From: Bacteroidia bacterium
GTDB taxonomy: Bacteria; Bacteroidota; Bacteroidia; NS11-12g; UBA955
Assembly (NCBI GenBank): GCA_965655465.1
Contig: CBFHGY010000003.1
Span: 12,354 to 76,353 of the forward strand
Direction: 5' to 3'
Length of the DNA stretch: 64,000 nt
Numbering within the stretch: the first letter of the stretch is position 1; each line of letters opens with the position of its first letter. The translations under genes and the position numbers were made by a program. This document shows positions 31,708 through 40,836 of this stretch, one piece after another. Under the pieces are notes generated by a model. The model was not told where the DNA came from, ran no database searches, and was given only the letters and a program-made list of their open reading frames with translations.

Positions 31708-32553
31708 ATGAAGCAAAATCCTTTTGTCCTTTGCCTGGTGCTCTTCACATTTGCCATTTCGAGCGTTGGCAACGTATATGCTCAAATTCGCAGAAAGCCC
31801 ATAACTCCGGATTTAAATCCACAAACTACTCCTGCTTTAAGTGCTCCAAGCAACAATACAAACTTGAACAATAACGCGCCCGTATCGATACCCCCAATCA
31901 TCATTAAACAAGAAAACGAATCGAAAGATATCGTTATTCGCAAGCCTGAAAAAGGAAGCATTACTGCTGAAGGATTGATGCAAATTAGCTTTGGAGAAGC
32001 TCCCATCATGATTAAATTTCCGGAAATAAAAGGGCGCTACTTTGCAACCAATAAACTTGCTTACAGAGGAACATTGGGCTTTACCCTTAATTCTCAAACT
32101 TTAGAATTTGTAGATAATAAACAAACCGCATCGTATGTAATCTCAAACCAGGTAATAACCGCTGGCGGGGGCGTAGAAATGCATGTGAAATCTAGCAAAC
32201 GAATATCGCCCTATTACGGCGCGGAAGGTTTGATTTTACTAAATTCCCAAAAAATTTCAGGAACTAATACCGACGATATTAAAACGTACAATTTGGGCGC
32301 GGGTTATCAACGCGATTCAACCTATACTGGAATTTATATGGGTGCCTTAGCTGGACTTGATTATTATCTTAGTTCGGATATATTTATAGGCTTTGAATTG
32401 GGTATGGGTCTGAGTTCCTACTCTACCACGCTGGTAGGTGAAAGAAAAACAATGCGCGGCGTTCTCGTAAGTGAATCTAACGTAGTAACTGGCAGAGGAA
32501 CGGGAATTGGACTTCGTTATTCCCAAGGAATTCGAATTGGCCTCAAGTTTTAA
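31708..32553 (+). CDS. Outer-membrane beta-barrel protein, hypothetical
   Basis: Signal peptide (LVLFTFAISSVGNVYAQ). C-terminal Phe (IGLKF). Confidence 0.45.
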   Translation: MKQNPFVLCLVLFTFAISSVGNVYAQIRRKPITPDLNPQTTPALSAPSNNTNLNNNAPVSIPPIIIKQENESKDIVIRKPEKGSITAEGLMQISFGEAPIMIKFPEIKGRYFATNKLAYRGTLGFTLNSQTLEFVDNKQTASYVISNQVITAGGGVEMHVKSSKRISPYYGAEGLILLNSQKISGTNTDDIKTYNLGAGYQRDSTYTGIYMGALAGLDYYLSSDIFIGFELGMGLSSYSTTLVGERKTMRGVLVSESNVVTGRGTGIGLRYSQGIRIGLKF

Positions 32554-33636
32554 TCAATTCCATAAATAGCTCAACCCGAATTCCATGTAATCGGCTTTAT
32601 TGAGATGGGCTTTTAAACGGCTGCGCGCCACCCAATGGTGACCGAGCCGGTAATCGAGTCCAAAGGCATTATAAAACCACGGTTTTTCACTATGAAAAGG
32701 CTTGACTATATACATTCCAAGGTCTAAACGCAAACCCAAACGACCGTACAAGAATACTTTTCCTCCTCGAACTGCCAACTCATAATTCTCAGACTCTCCT
32801 GCTCGGGTAAGACTTCCATCGTCGTTCCATTGGTAATTGGGATCCAAAAAGCCATCCAAGCCCACATCTACATACGAGAACTTACTTTTCTGATAACGGT
32901 AACTCAGATCCGCAATCCATACATAGGTTCTTCGAGGATATTCCAAGCTCTTTTGTCGTGTACCCATTTTAAGTCCAGCCGCAAACGGGAAGGCAAAATA
33001 CTTATGTTTGGCTTCGTAGTATTGATTTCTTTTATTATGTTTATTTAAAAGATAACTTACACCTACATTTAAATTTAATGCATTCAAGCCCACATTAGGT
33101 TTACTGTAATTACCATTAGAACAATGGGTTAAATTTGCACTCGTAAAAATGCCAAAACGTTGTACATTGAACCTCGCATTGGCCGATATCACCGCCAAAT
33201 AATTCCAATGAGAACCGATAGCATAATTTATTGGAATTTGTGTGGTATCGTATATTCGGGTTAAATATGAAAGTCCATGAGATATGCGCCAGCCCAGAGC
33301 CAAATGTTTACCTAATGGTTTCGCTGCACCAAAAGTAACCCCCGCTCCAATTTGTGTACCCGTTTGCGGCAATCCCATATCCATAATGAGAAACGTAGCA
33401 CCTAAGTACCTGGTGGCATGTTTGCGTTCTGCTAATATATTCGGTACCCGGGGTTCATGTGGAACTTCCCAATCCGCATCTATCTGAAGTCCATAAACGG
33501 GAGCCTTCAGGTCTTGTGTATACGAACTATGGGGTTGCATCGTACCAAACAAAAGTGAAGCATCGGCTCTATATTGTGCAAGGGCCGATTGCACACATAA
33601 AAGCCATAAGGAAAGCAGTTTAAATTTGCTTTTCAT
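32554..33636 (-). CDS. Outer-membrane beta-barrel protein, possibly a PagL-like acyloxyacyl hydrolase family member
   Basis: Signal peptide (LLSLWLLCVQSALAQ). The sequence is aromatic/Gly-rich with a beta-barrel pattern. It ends GLSYLWN. Confidence 0.35.
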   Translation of the reverse strand: MKSKFKLLSLWLLCVQSALAQYRADASLLFGTMQPHSSYTQDLKAPVYGLQIDADWEVPHEPRVPNILAERKHATRYLGATFLIMDMGLPQTGTQIGAGVTFGAAKPLGKHLALGWRISHGLSYLTRIYDTTQIPINYAIGSHWNYLAVISANARFNVQRFGIFTSANLTHCSNGNYSKPNVGLNALNLNVGVSYLLNKHNKRNQYYEAKHKYFAFPFAAGLKMGTRQKSLEYPRRTYVWIADLSYRYQKSKFSYVDVGLDGFLDPNYQWNDDGSLTRAGESENYELAVRGGKVFLYGRLGLRLDLGMYIVKPFHSEKPWFYNAFGLDYRLGHHWVARSRLKAHLNKADYMEFGLSYLWN

Positions 33637-34072
33637 GATTTGTTTTTACACTAAAGTAAAGGGCATAGGCCACGAAAACAATCACATACACTGGAGAAGC
33701 AATAATTTCAATAATCCGGTTATACATATCATGCAGTACGGTGTGCTCTCCTACAAACTGCCTATATAAACCGATTGACAGACAAATGAGGTCAAAAAAA
33801 GCTAAGAGCAGCCAGAATTGCAGCCTAAAATTAGGATGTAATGTTTCCCTTTTGAGAAAAAAATACCCCATAAATCCGAAGGTATATACCACGATTTCTC
33901 TGAGTGCAAATCGCACTGCATTGGTATTCCAAAAATCAGATTCTTCCTTTTGTTCGCGCACATATTCGCTGAAGAAATGATACATGACGTATAGGATCCA
34001 CATGATTAGGACCCATAATCCGAAACGGATTACTTTTCTGCGGATTTGTTCCCCCGTAAATAAATAATCCAT
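33620..34072 (-). CDS. Exosortase F system-associated membrane protein (partner of XrtF)
   Basis: It is a small multi-TM protein of 150 aa. It lies immediately downstream of, and overlaps, the XrtF-like gene. This is the conserved two-gene arrangement for XrtF. Confidence 0.5.
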   Translation of the reverse strand: MDYLFTGEQIRRKVIRFGLWVLIMWILYVMYHFFSEYVREQKEESDFWNTNAVRFALREIVVYTFGFMGYFFLKRETLHPNFRLQFWLLLAFFDLICLSIGLYRQFVGEHTVLHDMYNRIIEIIASPVYVIVFVAYALYFSVKTNHEKQI

Positions 34073-34587
34073 ATAGCAAACATGATTACGTAAACGATAA
34101 ATTGAAAAATAGTTTTATGAAATATTTGAAACCAATCGGGATGATTTTTCGCCAGAAAAAACAACGCAACAATGCGCAAGATATTGGTTATATATAAGAA
34201 GACAACCCCCCCAATAGTAAACCAGGCCTTGCGTTTCCAATTTATTCCTGGGAATATCAAAATAAATGCAGCGCACAAATAATACAATTCCCAACCGTCG
34301 CAAGCAGAACCTATTAAAATACGCCCTCGCACATCTGCAACGTTCCAGATGCAGTACCCTGTAATATTTTCGGTTGAACTGAAGGTGGTAGGCTCCGTAC
34401 CGGTAATCCAAGAAATAAGGATAGCCGAATTTTCAGCTAAACTGCGAACCAAAACATTGTGAATAAGATCGATATCCGCAACGGGAAACCAGAGAAGAAA
34501 TGCAATTACCCCGTTTCTCAAAAACGCCATTTGGGTAGGCGTAAATTGTGAAAAGAGGGAATTGATTTTGAAAATTTTCTTGATCAT
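34030..34587 (-). CDS. xrtF: Exosortase family protein XrtF
   Basis: About 185 aa, polytopic. A conserved Cys (GSACDGWELYY) and an NxxR motif (ITNILRIV) match the exosortase/archaeosortase catalytic-residue pattern. The short length is typical of XrtF. Confidence 0.6.
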   Translation of the reverse strand: MIKKIFKINSLFSQFTPTQMAFLRNGVIAFLLWFPVADIDLIHNVLVRSLAENSAILISWITGTEPTTFSSTENITGYCIWNVADVRGRILIGSACDGWELYYLCAAFILIFPGINWKRKAWFTIGGVVFLYITNILRIVALFFLAKNHPDWFQIFHKTIFQFIVYVIMFAIWIIYLRGNKSAEK

Positions 34588-34621
34588 GCCCTACAAAGAT
34601 AGGCAAAGAAAACGAGGGGAA

Positions 34622-35083
34622 TTAGCGGGGCATTTCACCAAAAAGCGCAATCAATTTTTCGAAGCGATAATCGAAAATACCTTTAACTTTTGCATCTACA
34701 AAAAGCGCGCCTGCAATGGAACCTAGAGGACCTTTACCAATATCATAGTTGAGGATATCGGTCATTTTTACTCCACCCTCAATGGCTTCAAAATGATGTT
34801 CGTGGTGCCAAATATGATAGGGCCCTTTACGTTGTTCATCTACAAAAAAGGCGTGTTCTTTTATATGGGTAATTTCGGTACACCAGTCGAGTTGAATTCC
34901 TAAGAACGGCGAAATCTTGTAGGTAATAAACATGCCTTCATACATTTTTTCGGGTATATCCGAAGTGATTTTGAAGGTCATATCTGTCGGGGTGATTTCA
35001 TTCAAGTTTTTTGGGGAGGAAAAGAAATCCCAAGCTTTTTCCAAACTGATAGGCAAGGATTGTACAGATACGAGTTTTTTCAC
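34622..35083 (-). CDS. SRPBCC (START/Bet v1-like) ligand-binding domain protein
   Basis: 153 aa. The pattern is typical of the polyketide-cyclase/SRPBCC superfamily. Confidence 0.5.
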   Translation of the reverse strand: MKKLVSVQSLPISLEKAWDFFSSPKNLNEITPTDMTFKITSDIPEKMYEGMFITYKISPFLGIQLDWCTEITHIKEHAFFVDEQRKGPYHIWHHEHHFEAIEGGVKMTDILNYDIGKGPLGSIAGALFVDAKVKGIFDYRFEKLIALFGEMPR

Positions 35084-35236
35084 TAATAACTAACAAAGGT
35101 GGTGGGGAAAGGTTTATGAAATATAATTTCAAAAGCTACATTTCATTTTCATGAATTATTATAATTCTAGTTAACAAACATGAAAATCACGCGAAGGATT
35201 AAGTATAATTTTTTCAACAACTCCTAAAAACTACCC

Positions 35237-36061
35237 TCAATCCACAATCTCCACTATCGACAACACCATCTCTGGATAAATCAATACCCCGTCATCTCCA
35301 TTTGTGCGGCGGATTTGTACCTTTATTGTTAGGCTCGAACTTGAACTATTATCATACACCCCACTAATCGGAAACAACATGGCTTCCCGAGCACCCGTTC
35401 CCGTTCCCTGAACATATAACTGCCTCTTCGCCTGTAACGTACTCGTAGTACTGCCATCGTTGATGGTTAAAATTGCCTCGTTCTCATCGTCGCTACCGGA
35501 TGTAGCTTGACCCCGTATACTCGAACGTGTATCGTAGCGAATCCACAATCTCGAACTGCTCGAAACCGGGGTATAAGAGTAACTGATTACATCGGTATAA
35601 CTCGTTGAATTAATCGTGACATTACTCGAAAAATTCAAATCACTCGCATCTAATAAAACCTGCCGCAATACCTGCCCCTTTGCCGTACCTCGAACAAAGC
35701 CGCTTGCCTTCAAATTGCCGCTTACATGTAATGCCTCCGCAGGCGTCCCTGTAATTCCAATACCTACATTTCCTCCATTGGGCTGCAACCTCAGACCATC
35801 TACATCGCTGTAATCGCCCTTATTCCTGGATTGAAGCCAAACTGCGTCTGTGGCCAACTGTAACCCAAGGTCCAAGGTAGTTGTGCCCAAGCTTCCACCG
35901 ATACGTAAAAATCCATTACCCGAACTGCCAGTATTGGATACATCCGAAGCCGCTGCTTGAATTTCAAGGGTGTTTTTAGGGGTTGTGGTACCCACTCCCA
36001 ACTGTGCCTTCAAGGAAACAGCTGTTGCGAAAATTGCAAATAATAATTCCCCTTTTTTCAT
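35237..36061 (-). CDS. Secreted protein, paralog 3 of 3, with a tail-fibre-like N-terminal motif
   Basis: Signal peptide, then QLGVGTTTPKNTLEIQ. It shares blocks with the two upstream genes (LQPNGGNVGIG, GQVLRQVLLDASDL, SYSYTPVSSSSR, LTIKVQI). Confidence 0.6.
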   Translation of the reverse strand: MKKGELLFAIFATAVSLKAQLGVGTTTPKNTLEIQAAASDVSNTGSSGNGFLRIGGSLGTTTLDLGLQLATDAVWLQSRNKGDYSDVDGLRLQPNGGNVGIGITGTPAEALHVSGNLKASGFVRGTAKGQVLRQVLLDASDLNFSSNVTINSTSYTDVISYSYTPVSSSSRLWIRYDTRSSIRGQATSGSDDENEAILTINDGSTTSTLQAKRQLYVQGTGTGAREAMLFPISGVYDNSSSSSLTIKVQIRRTNGDDGVLIYPEMVLSIVEIVD

Positions 36062-36846
36062 CTTGCCACCTCCGTAATCGTTAATAACATATCGGGTTCA
36101 AGGGTAAAAGTATCGTCAATGCCTAATTCCTGAACGTCGATTTTAATTGTGAGCGTGCTGGTACCCGAATTGATATATACTCCGCTAATAGGTAACAATG
36201 AAGTGGCGCGACCTCCGCCTCCACTTGCATTGTCGAAATACGACTGACGGGTTTGGATGGTCGTACTTCCTACCAATAAATAGGAATACCAATCGTCGTT
36301 ACCAGATCCTCCTATGCTATATTTCCCGTTGAAGGCCACAAAAATCTTACTGTTTGAAGATACCGGAGTATAATTATATGATACTATGGTAGATCTTGCA
36401 TTTGCAACCTGTGTATTTCCCGATTTTGACAAATCCGATTCATTGAGCACCACGGTATTCAAAACTTGACCCGCTTGAGCGGCCTTTACGCTTCCGGATA
36501 GATATATATCGCCGTTTACGGTAAGTATTTCACTGCCTTCGCTCCCATTTATGGCTACTTTTCCGCCATTGGGATTTAATAAAAGTGGGTTTGAATTGGA
36601 GTAATTTGAGGCATCACGAGCTTGGATCCATGCATTCGTAGTACCGTTAACACCCGCATCCCCAGCGGCATTCGACCCCGTTTTTTGAATGCGCATCACC
36701 CCATTGGCTGCACTTCCCGATCCCGCAGCTGCTGCAGACACCCCAACAACATCCAAATTATTCACCGGAGCATTCGTTCCAATACCGGTTTGCGCGAGTA
36801 CCGGCAGCACCGTTAATCCACAAACCAAGAATATCATGTTTTTCAT
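36058..36846 (-). CDS. Secreted protein, paralog 2 of 3, with a tail-fibre-like N-terminal motif
   Basis: Signal peptide, then QTGIGTNAPVNNLDV. It shares blocks LLNPNGGKVAING, AGQVLNTVVLNESDL, SYNYTPVSSNSK and LTIKIDV. It overlaps its neighbours by 4 nt. Confidence 0.6.
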   Translation of the reverse strand: MKNMIFLVCGLTVLPVLAQTGIGTNAPVNNLDVVGVSAAAAGSGSAANGVMRIQKTGSNAAGDAGVNGTTNAWIQARDASNYSNSNPLLLNPNGGKVAINGSEGSEILTVNGDIYLSGSVKAAQAGQVLNTVVLNESDLSKSGNTQVANARSTIVSYNYTPVSSNSKIFVAFNGKYSIGGSGNDDWYSYLLVGSTTIQTRQSYFDNASGGGGRATSLLPISGVYINSGTSTLTIKIDVQELGIDDTFTLEPDMLLTITEVAR

Positions 36847-37643
36847 CGTGCGATCTCCTTAATAATTAACGTAGCGTCTGGATAAACGATTAAATTGTCA
36901 TCGGTACTGGTACGATAAGCCGAAACACGAATTGTCAAAGCATTTGTGCCGCTATTTTGATAGTATCCCATTAGAGGAAAGGGCGGATTTCCGCGACCAC
37001 CGCCTCCGCCACTACTCCCCCCATCAAATCGCATGGCATTTGCTTGAACACGCGTTCCCCCAATAGTCAAAAACGTTTCTACAATATCGGAAGCACTACC
37101 ACTTAAAAAAGCCCGCCCGTCGTATTCAACATAAATTTTAGAACTGCTCGAAACGGGAGTGTAGGTATAGGAAACCAAGGTCGTTTCAGAAGTGCCACTT
37201 ACGGTAATGCTGGAACCGAAGTTTAAGTCCGACTCGTCTAAAAATACCATATTAAGAATCTGTCCGGCACCCGCTGCTATCACACTGCCGTTGACCTGAA
37301 CGTTGCCTTGAACCGTTAATTTTTCATCGGGGGAAGTATTACCTACCCCTACGTTTCCGCCATTGGGATTCAACAGCAAGGGCATATTGGAAGTATAATT
37401 GGTGGCATTTCGCGCTTGTAACCATCCATAATTGTCTTTGCTCAAGCCAAAATCTAAAACTCCGTTGGCATTGGTACTCCCCAAACGCAGCACTCCATTT
37501 TGGGAACTTCCCGATTTAGCGGCAGCGGCAGTATCGCCAATTATATCAAAAGCATTTACGGGGGAAGTGGTATTCACACCGACCTGAGCAGATAAGACCG
37601 AACCTCCGACCAAGAGCGCAAATAATGAAACGAATTTCAACAT
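36843..37643 (-). CDS. Secreted protein, paralog 1 of 3, with a tail-fibre-like N-terminal motif
   Basis: Signal peptide, then QVGVNTTSPVNAFDI. It shares blocks LLNPNGGNVGVG, AGQILNMVFLDESDL, SYTYTPVSSSSK and LTIRVSA. Confidence 0.6.
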   Translation of the reverse strand: MLKFVSLFALLVGGSVLSAQVGVNTTSPVNAFDIIGDTAAAAKSGSSQNGVLRLGSTNANGVLDFGLSKDNYGWLQARNATNYTSNMPLLLNPNGGNVGVGNTSPDEKLTVQGNVQVNGSVIAAGAGQILNMVFLDESDLNFGSSITVSGTSETTLVSYTYTPVSSSSKIYVEYDGRAFLSGSASDIVETFLTIGGTRVQANAMRFDGGSSGGGGGRGNPPFPLMGYYQNSGTNALTIRVSAYRTSTDDNLIVYPDATLIIKEIAR

Positions 37644-37829
37644 ATTATAACAAGAGTGTGAAGCGACTCAAAAATATACTGAAAATGCCCTAATTCGGCA
37701 GATTTACATCCACAAAAGGCTAAAAAAAACAAAAAAGTACACATAAGAACACGAAGTCATTTCGATTCGGCACCTTTAATAGGCCCGTACATGAACCATT
37801 TATAACGTACCGTTTGGCACCTGTATGCA

Positions 37830-38441
37830 TTATTTAACCCGAACGGTATTCAACTGTTCCATTACGACCTTTTGCCAATTATTCTCATCGGGCACGTATT
37901 CCCAATTCAATTCAGCAATATAACGATCCATAAACAAGATGATACGTCGGGCGGTAAAACGGTTTTTCTTTACCGTATTCAGCAACTGATTGTCGGACCG
38001 GGTAAATTTATAACTGAACTGCAATCCGCGGTATCCCATTACTTCAACAATCTCGGGCATTCCCAATTCTACTTGTTGATGCTTAGATGGATCCAAACCC
38101 TGTCGTTGTTTATTCCGGGTATCCATGGCAAAGTTCCGAACATAGGGGGTAAGTGTATCTTGTTTTAAATCTAAAAGAAATTTAGCATGGGCTTTTTCAC
38201 TCCAAGGATAACTGCGAATTGGTTGAATCCAAAGTACCACATGGGTAAATTGGGGATCGAAGCCCCCGCCTTTATACCCTTTTTGTCGGAAGCAATAGCC
38301 GGGTTGATTATTCATTTCCTCGGCGGAGACCCATTCTAATTTCGGGTGTGTTTCTTTAATAATAAACTCGGGGTATTGGGCTTTTAAAACAGAACTCACA
38401 ATAACAAATCCGCAAAGTAAAAAGGGGCCTAATCGTTTCAT
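37830..38441 (-). CDS. Hypothetical secreted protein (203 aa)
   Basis: Signal peptide (FLLCGFVIVSSVLKAQ). No recognisable motif. Confidence 0.45.
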   Translation of the reverse strand: MKRLGPFLLCGFVIVSSVLKAQYPEFIIKETHPKLEWVSAEEMNNQPGYCFRQKGYKGGGFDPQFTHVVLWIQPIRSYPWSEKAHAKFLLDLKQDTLTPYVRNFAMDTRNKQRQGLDPSKHQQVELGMPEIVEVMGYRGLQFSYKFTRSDNQLLNTVKKNRFTARRIILFMDRYIAELNWEYVPDENNWQKVVMEQLNTVRVK

Positions 38442-38547
38442 ACAAAATGCAAAGGTAAATCAATCTTAAGACCTTTTAATAAGGCGTGAAAAGTTCCAAG
38501 TGTCTCCTACTTAAGCTGTATATTGCAGCGTTAAAGGGTAGAATTAA

Positions 38548-39651
38548 ATGAATTCGGAAATTTTTAAAAATATCAATAAAATCATAGAGCGAGACAATAA
38601 AACCTCGACCTATAAATTCGCGCTGTTGCGCGGAGTGATTGATATTATCCAAAGCAATTCTCCATATATAAAAATCGAAGGGGAACGGGCTATTTTACCC
38701 ATGGGTTTGCTTATTGAGAATTGGATACTGTATTACTATCCCATCTTAGCAAATAAAATCCCACAGATTTATGGGAAAAATACCCAACTTCAATTCGAGA
38801 CTCATTTAAGTGAAGTAATTGAATTCTATGCAAAAAAAGGAGGGATGTCTGCCTTCTATCGAGATATGCGCAATAATGGCATTGCCGATATCCAAGATAT
38901 TTTCACTCCCTTGGTTAAATCAATGCGAAAGACTATCGCTACTATGCCCATGAAATACATTGGCAAATCGATCTACAATGAAGAATATGCCATTTTCAAG
39001 CCCAATAGCGACACCTATAAAACAACTAAAATATACGACACCCACAGTTTGCTTAACTATTCCGGCACGTTTAGCATTCCACTTGATTATTATGAAGCGT
39101 TTAAACTCTTAGGAAGTTTTATTTCCGGACAAAACACATTATTGTTCAAGTGGGCAGAGTTTTCATACGAAGCATCTGGAAGATCCATTCAAAAAGAAAC
39201 CGTTTTCGAACAAATGACCGAGTATGCCGTGGTAGACCGAAATATCACCGCAACAAAGCGCATTTATAGTGAATTATTGGAACGTCAGAAAAAGATCTTT
39301 TGTGTATGGACCGGTGAAAAAACAAGTTCATTTGATATCGATCATATGCTGCCATTTTCTGTTTGGAAAAATAACGATTTATGGAATCTGCTTCCAGCAA
39401 AAACATCGGTTAATCGTGAAAAAAGTGACAAAATCCCTACCCCTGAATTAATCCATAAAAGACAAGACATTATTTTCGAATACTGGGATCTTCTAAAGAA
39501 TAGTTTTGAATTTCGATTCGAAAAAGAAATTGAATTCGCCCTTATTGGAGATAAGCAGAATAATTGGAAAGATGCAGCAATTTCGCAAATTCAAAATAAC
39601 TGCGAATACCTTATCGAATCGCGCGGATATACCCCATGGAGTCCTAAATAG
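38548..39651 (+). CDS. Protein with a C-terminal HNH-type nuclease motif and an uncharacterised N-terminal domain of about 270 aa
   Basis: C-terminal CVWTGEKTSSFDIDHMLPFSVWKNNDLWNLLPAKTSVNREKSDK matches the HNH pattern (C..G...D.DH..P.S...N..N.LLP...N..K). The N-terminal region (KTSTYKFALLRGVIDII...) has no motif I can assign. Confidence 0.6.
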   Translation: MNSEIFKNINKIIERDNKTSTYKFALLRGVIDIIQSNSPYIKIEGERAILPMGLLIENWILYYYPILANKIPQIYGKNTQLQFETHLSEVIEFYAKKGGMSAFYRDMRNNGIADIQDIFTPLVKSMRKTIATMPMKYIGKSIYNEEYAIFKPNSDTYKTTKIYDTHSLLNYSGTFSIPLDYYEAFKLLGSFISGQNTLLFKWAEFSYEASGRSIQKETVFEQMTEYAVVDRNITATKRIYSELLERQKKIFCVWTGEKTSSFDIDHMLPFSVWKNNDLWNLLPAKTSVNREKSDKIPTPELIHKRQDIIFEYWDLLKNSFEFRFEKEIEFALIGDKQNNWKDAAISQIQNNCEYLIESRGYTPWSPK

Positions 39652-39659
39652 TCCAATAT

Positions 39660-40781
39660 TTAAATAAAACAGGCATTACAACCCTCGCCCTCGTTATCGA
39701 GTACAATATCCTTCCATGATTCCTTTTTAATAAGCTTCTCCCTCTGCGTGCGCTTGTAATGATCTCTCTTAATTTGAGCTACACGTTCTGGCCTAGATAA
39801 ATCCTCCAATCGCTCTTCGCTCCAGGAATAACCATCCTTTTCATAATCCATAGCTGTAGCAAATAATTCCGGATGTGTCTCTAAAAGCCATACCCACTCA
39901 ATTTTCTGCTGATAAAAACAGAAAAAGCAACCACTGCGACTTCTAGAATATGTTCCTTTTACTATTTCACCGTCTAATTCTACCTCGTATTCCAAAGGCG
40001 TGTAATACGCCGGAATTCCCACCCCACTTTCTTCTAATATCCTGTAAATATCGTCAATACCAAAATTCGAATCCTTATAAATCAAAGGAAAATCTTCCAA
40101 TTTTCCCACCGGATAATCTGTCGTTTTCAAAAAGTCAAATACTACTTTATTAAAAGCCACCACATCAATATCCAACAAATCCGATACCTTTTGTTTTTGA
40201 CCGTATCGCATGGATATCGGCTGCTCTAAATAATACAATACCGCATTTAACTTATCGCCCTCAACATGACTTTTATAACTCTCTATCAAAGAGGAAATCC
40301 GGCTATTGGCGAATGTTTTAGTAATTACATCTTCGCTCCAAATATTTCGACGAAATGGGAAAATGCTCTGAATATTCTCCTTTTTAGAAATATATCCCTC
40401 TCTGTCTTCATCTCCTCGTATGCCCACATAAGAAATGGTAGGATTCATTCCTATCTCTTTCTCGAATGGATCTAATTTCATCTTCTTTGTGCACCACCTC
40501 GATGTAGAAGAGGGCAAATACCCTCCGTAAACAGCCAAAAAATGATCGAAGGAAGAAGACTCCGACGTTGCAAATACATCTACCGACTTATACTCCGTTA
40601 TATTCTTTCCCAATACTGAATTTAAACGCTCAATCAAATCATAGGTTTCTTTGAGCTCCTTACCGGTATCACAGGTATAATAATTGATATTTAAAGCCGG
40701 AAAATTCTGACTCATGTAAATAGCCAAAGCCGCACTATCTTTCCCTCCTGAAATCCCTAAAACATGATTGATCGTATTCAT
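39660..40781 (-). CDS. Phosphoadenosine phosphosulfate (PAPS) reductase family PP-loop ATP pyrophosphatase with a C-terminal Cys cluster
   Basis: PP-loop motif LGISGGKDSAALAIYM and an RWCTKKMKLDP block typical of the PAPS reductase family. The C-terminus has CFFC ... CNAC (two CxxC). 373 aa. Confidence 0.65.
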   Translation of the reverse strand: MNTINHVLGISGGKDSAALAIYMSQNFPALNINYYTCDTGKELKETYDLIERLNSVLGKNITEYKSVDVFATSESSSFDHFLAVYGGYLPSSTSRWCTKKMKLDPFEKEIGMNPTISYVGIRGDEDREGYISKKENIQSIFPFRRNIWSEDVITKTFANSRISSLIESYKSHVEGDKLNAVLYYLEQPISMRYGQKQKVSDLLDIDVVAFNKVVFDFLKTTDYPVGKLEDFPLIYKDSNFGIDDIYRILEESGVGIPAYYTPLEYEVELDGEIVKGTYSRSRSGCFFCFYQQKIEWVWLLETHPELFATAMDYEKDGYSWSEERLEDLSRPERVAQIKRDHYKRTQREKLIKKESWKDIVLDNEGEGCNACFI

Positions 40782-40836
40782 AGTCCCCCAGCAAGAATAA
40801 TCGAGCCAACTGGATTAAACAATGTCCAAATAAAAA

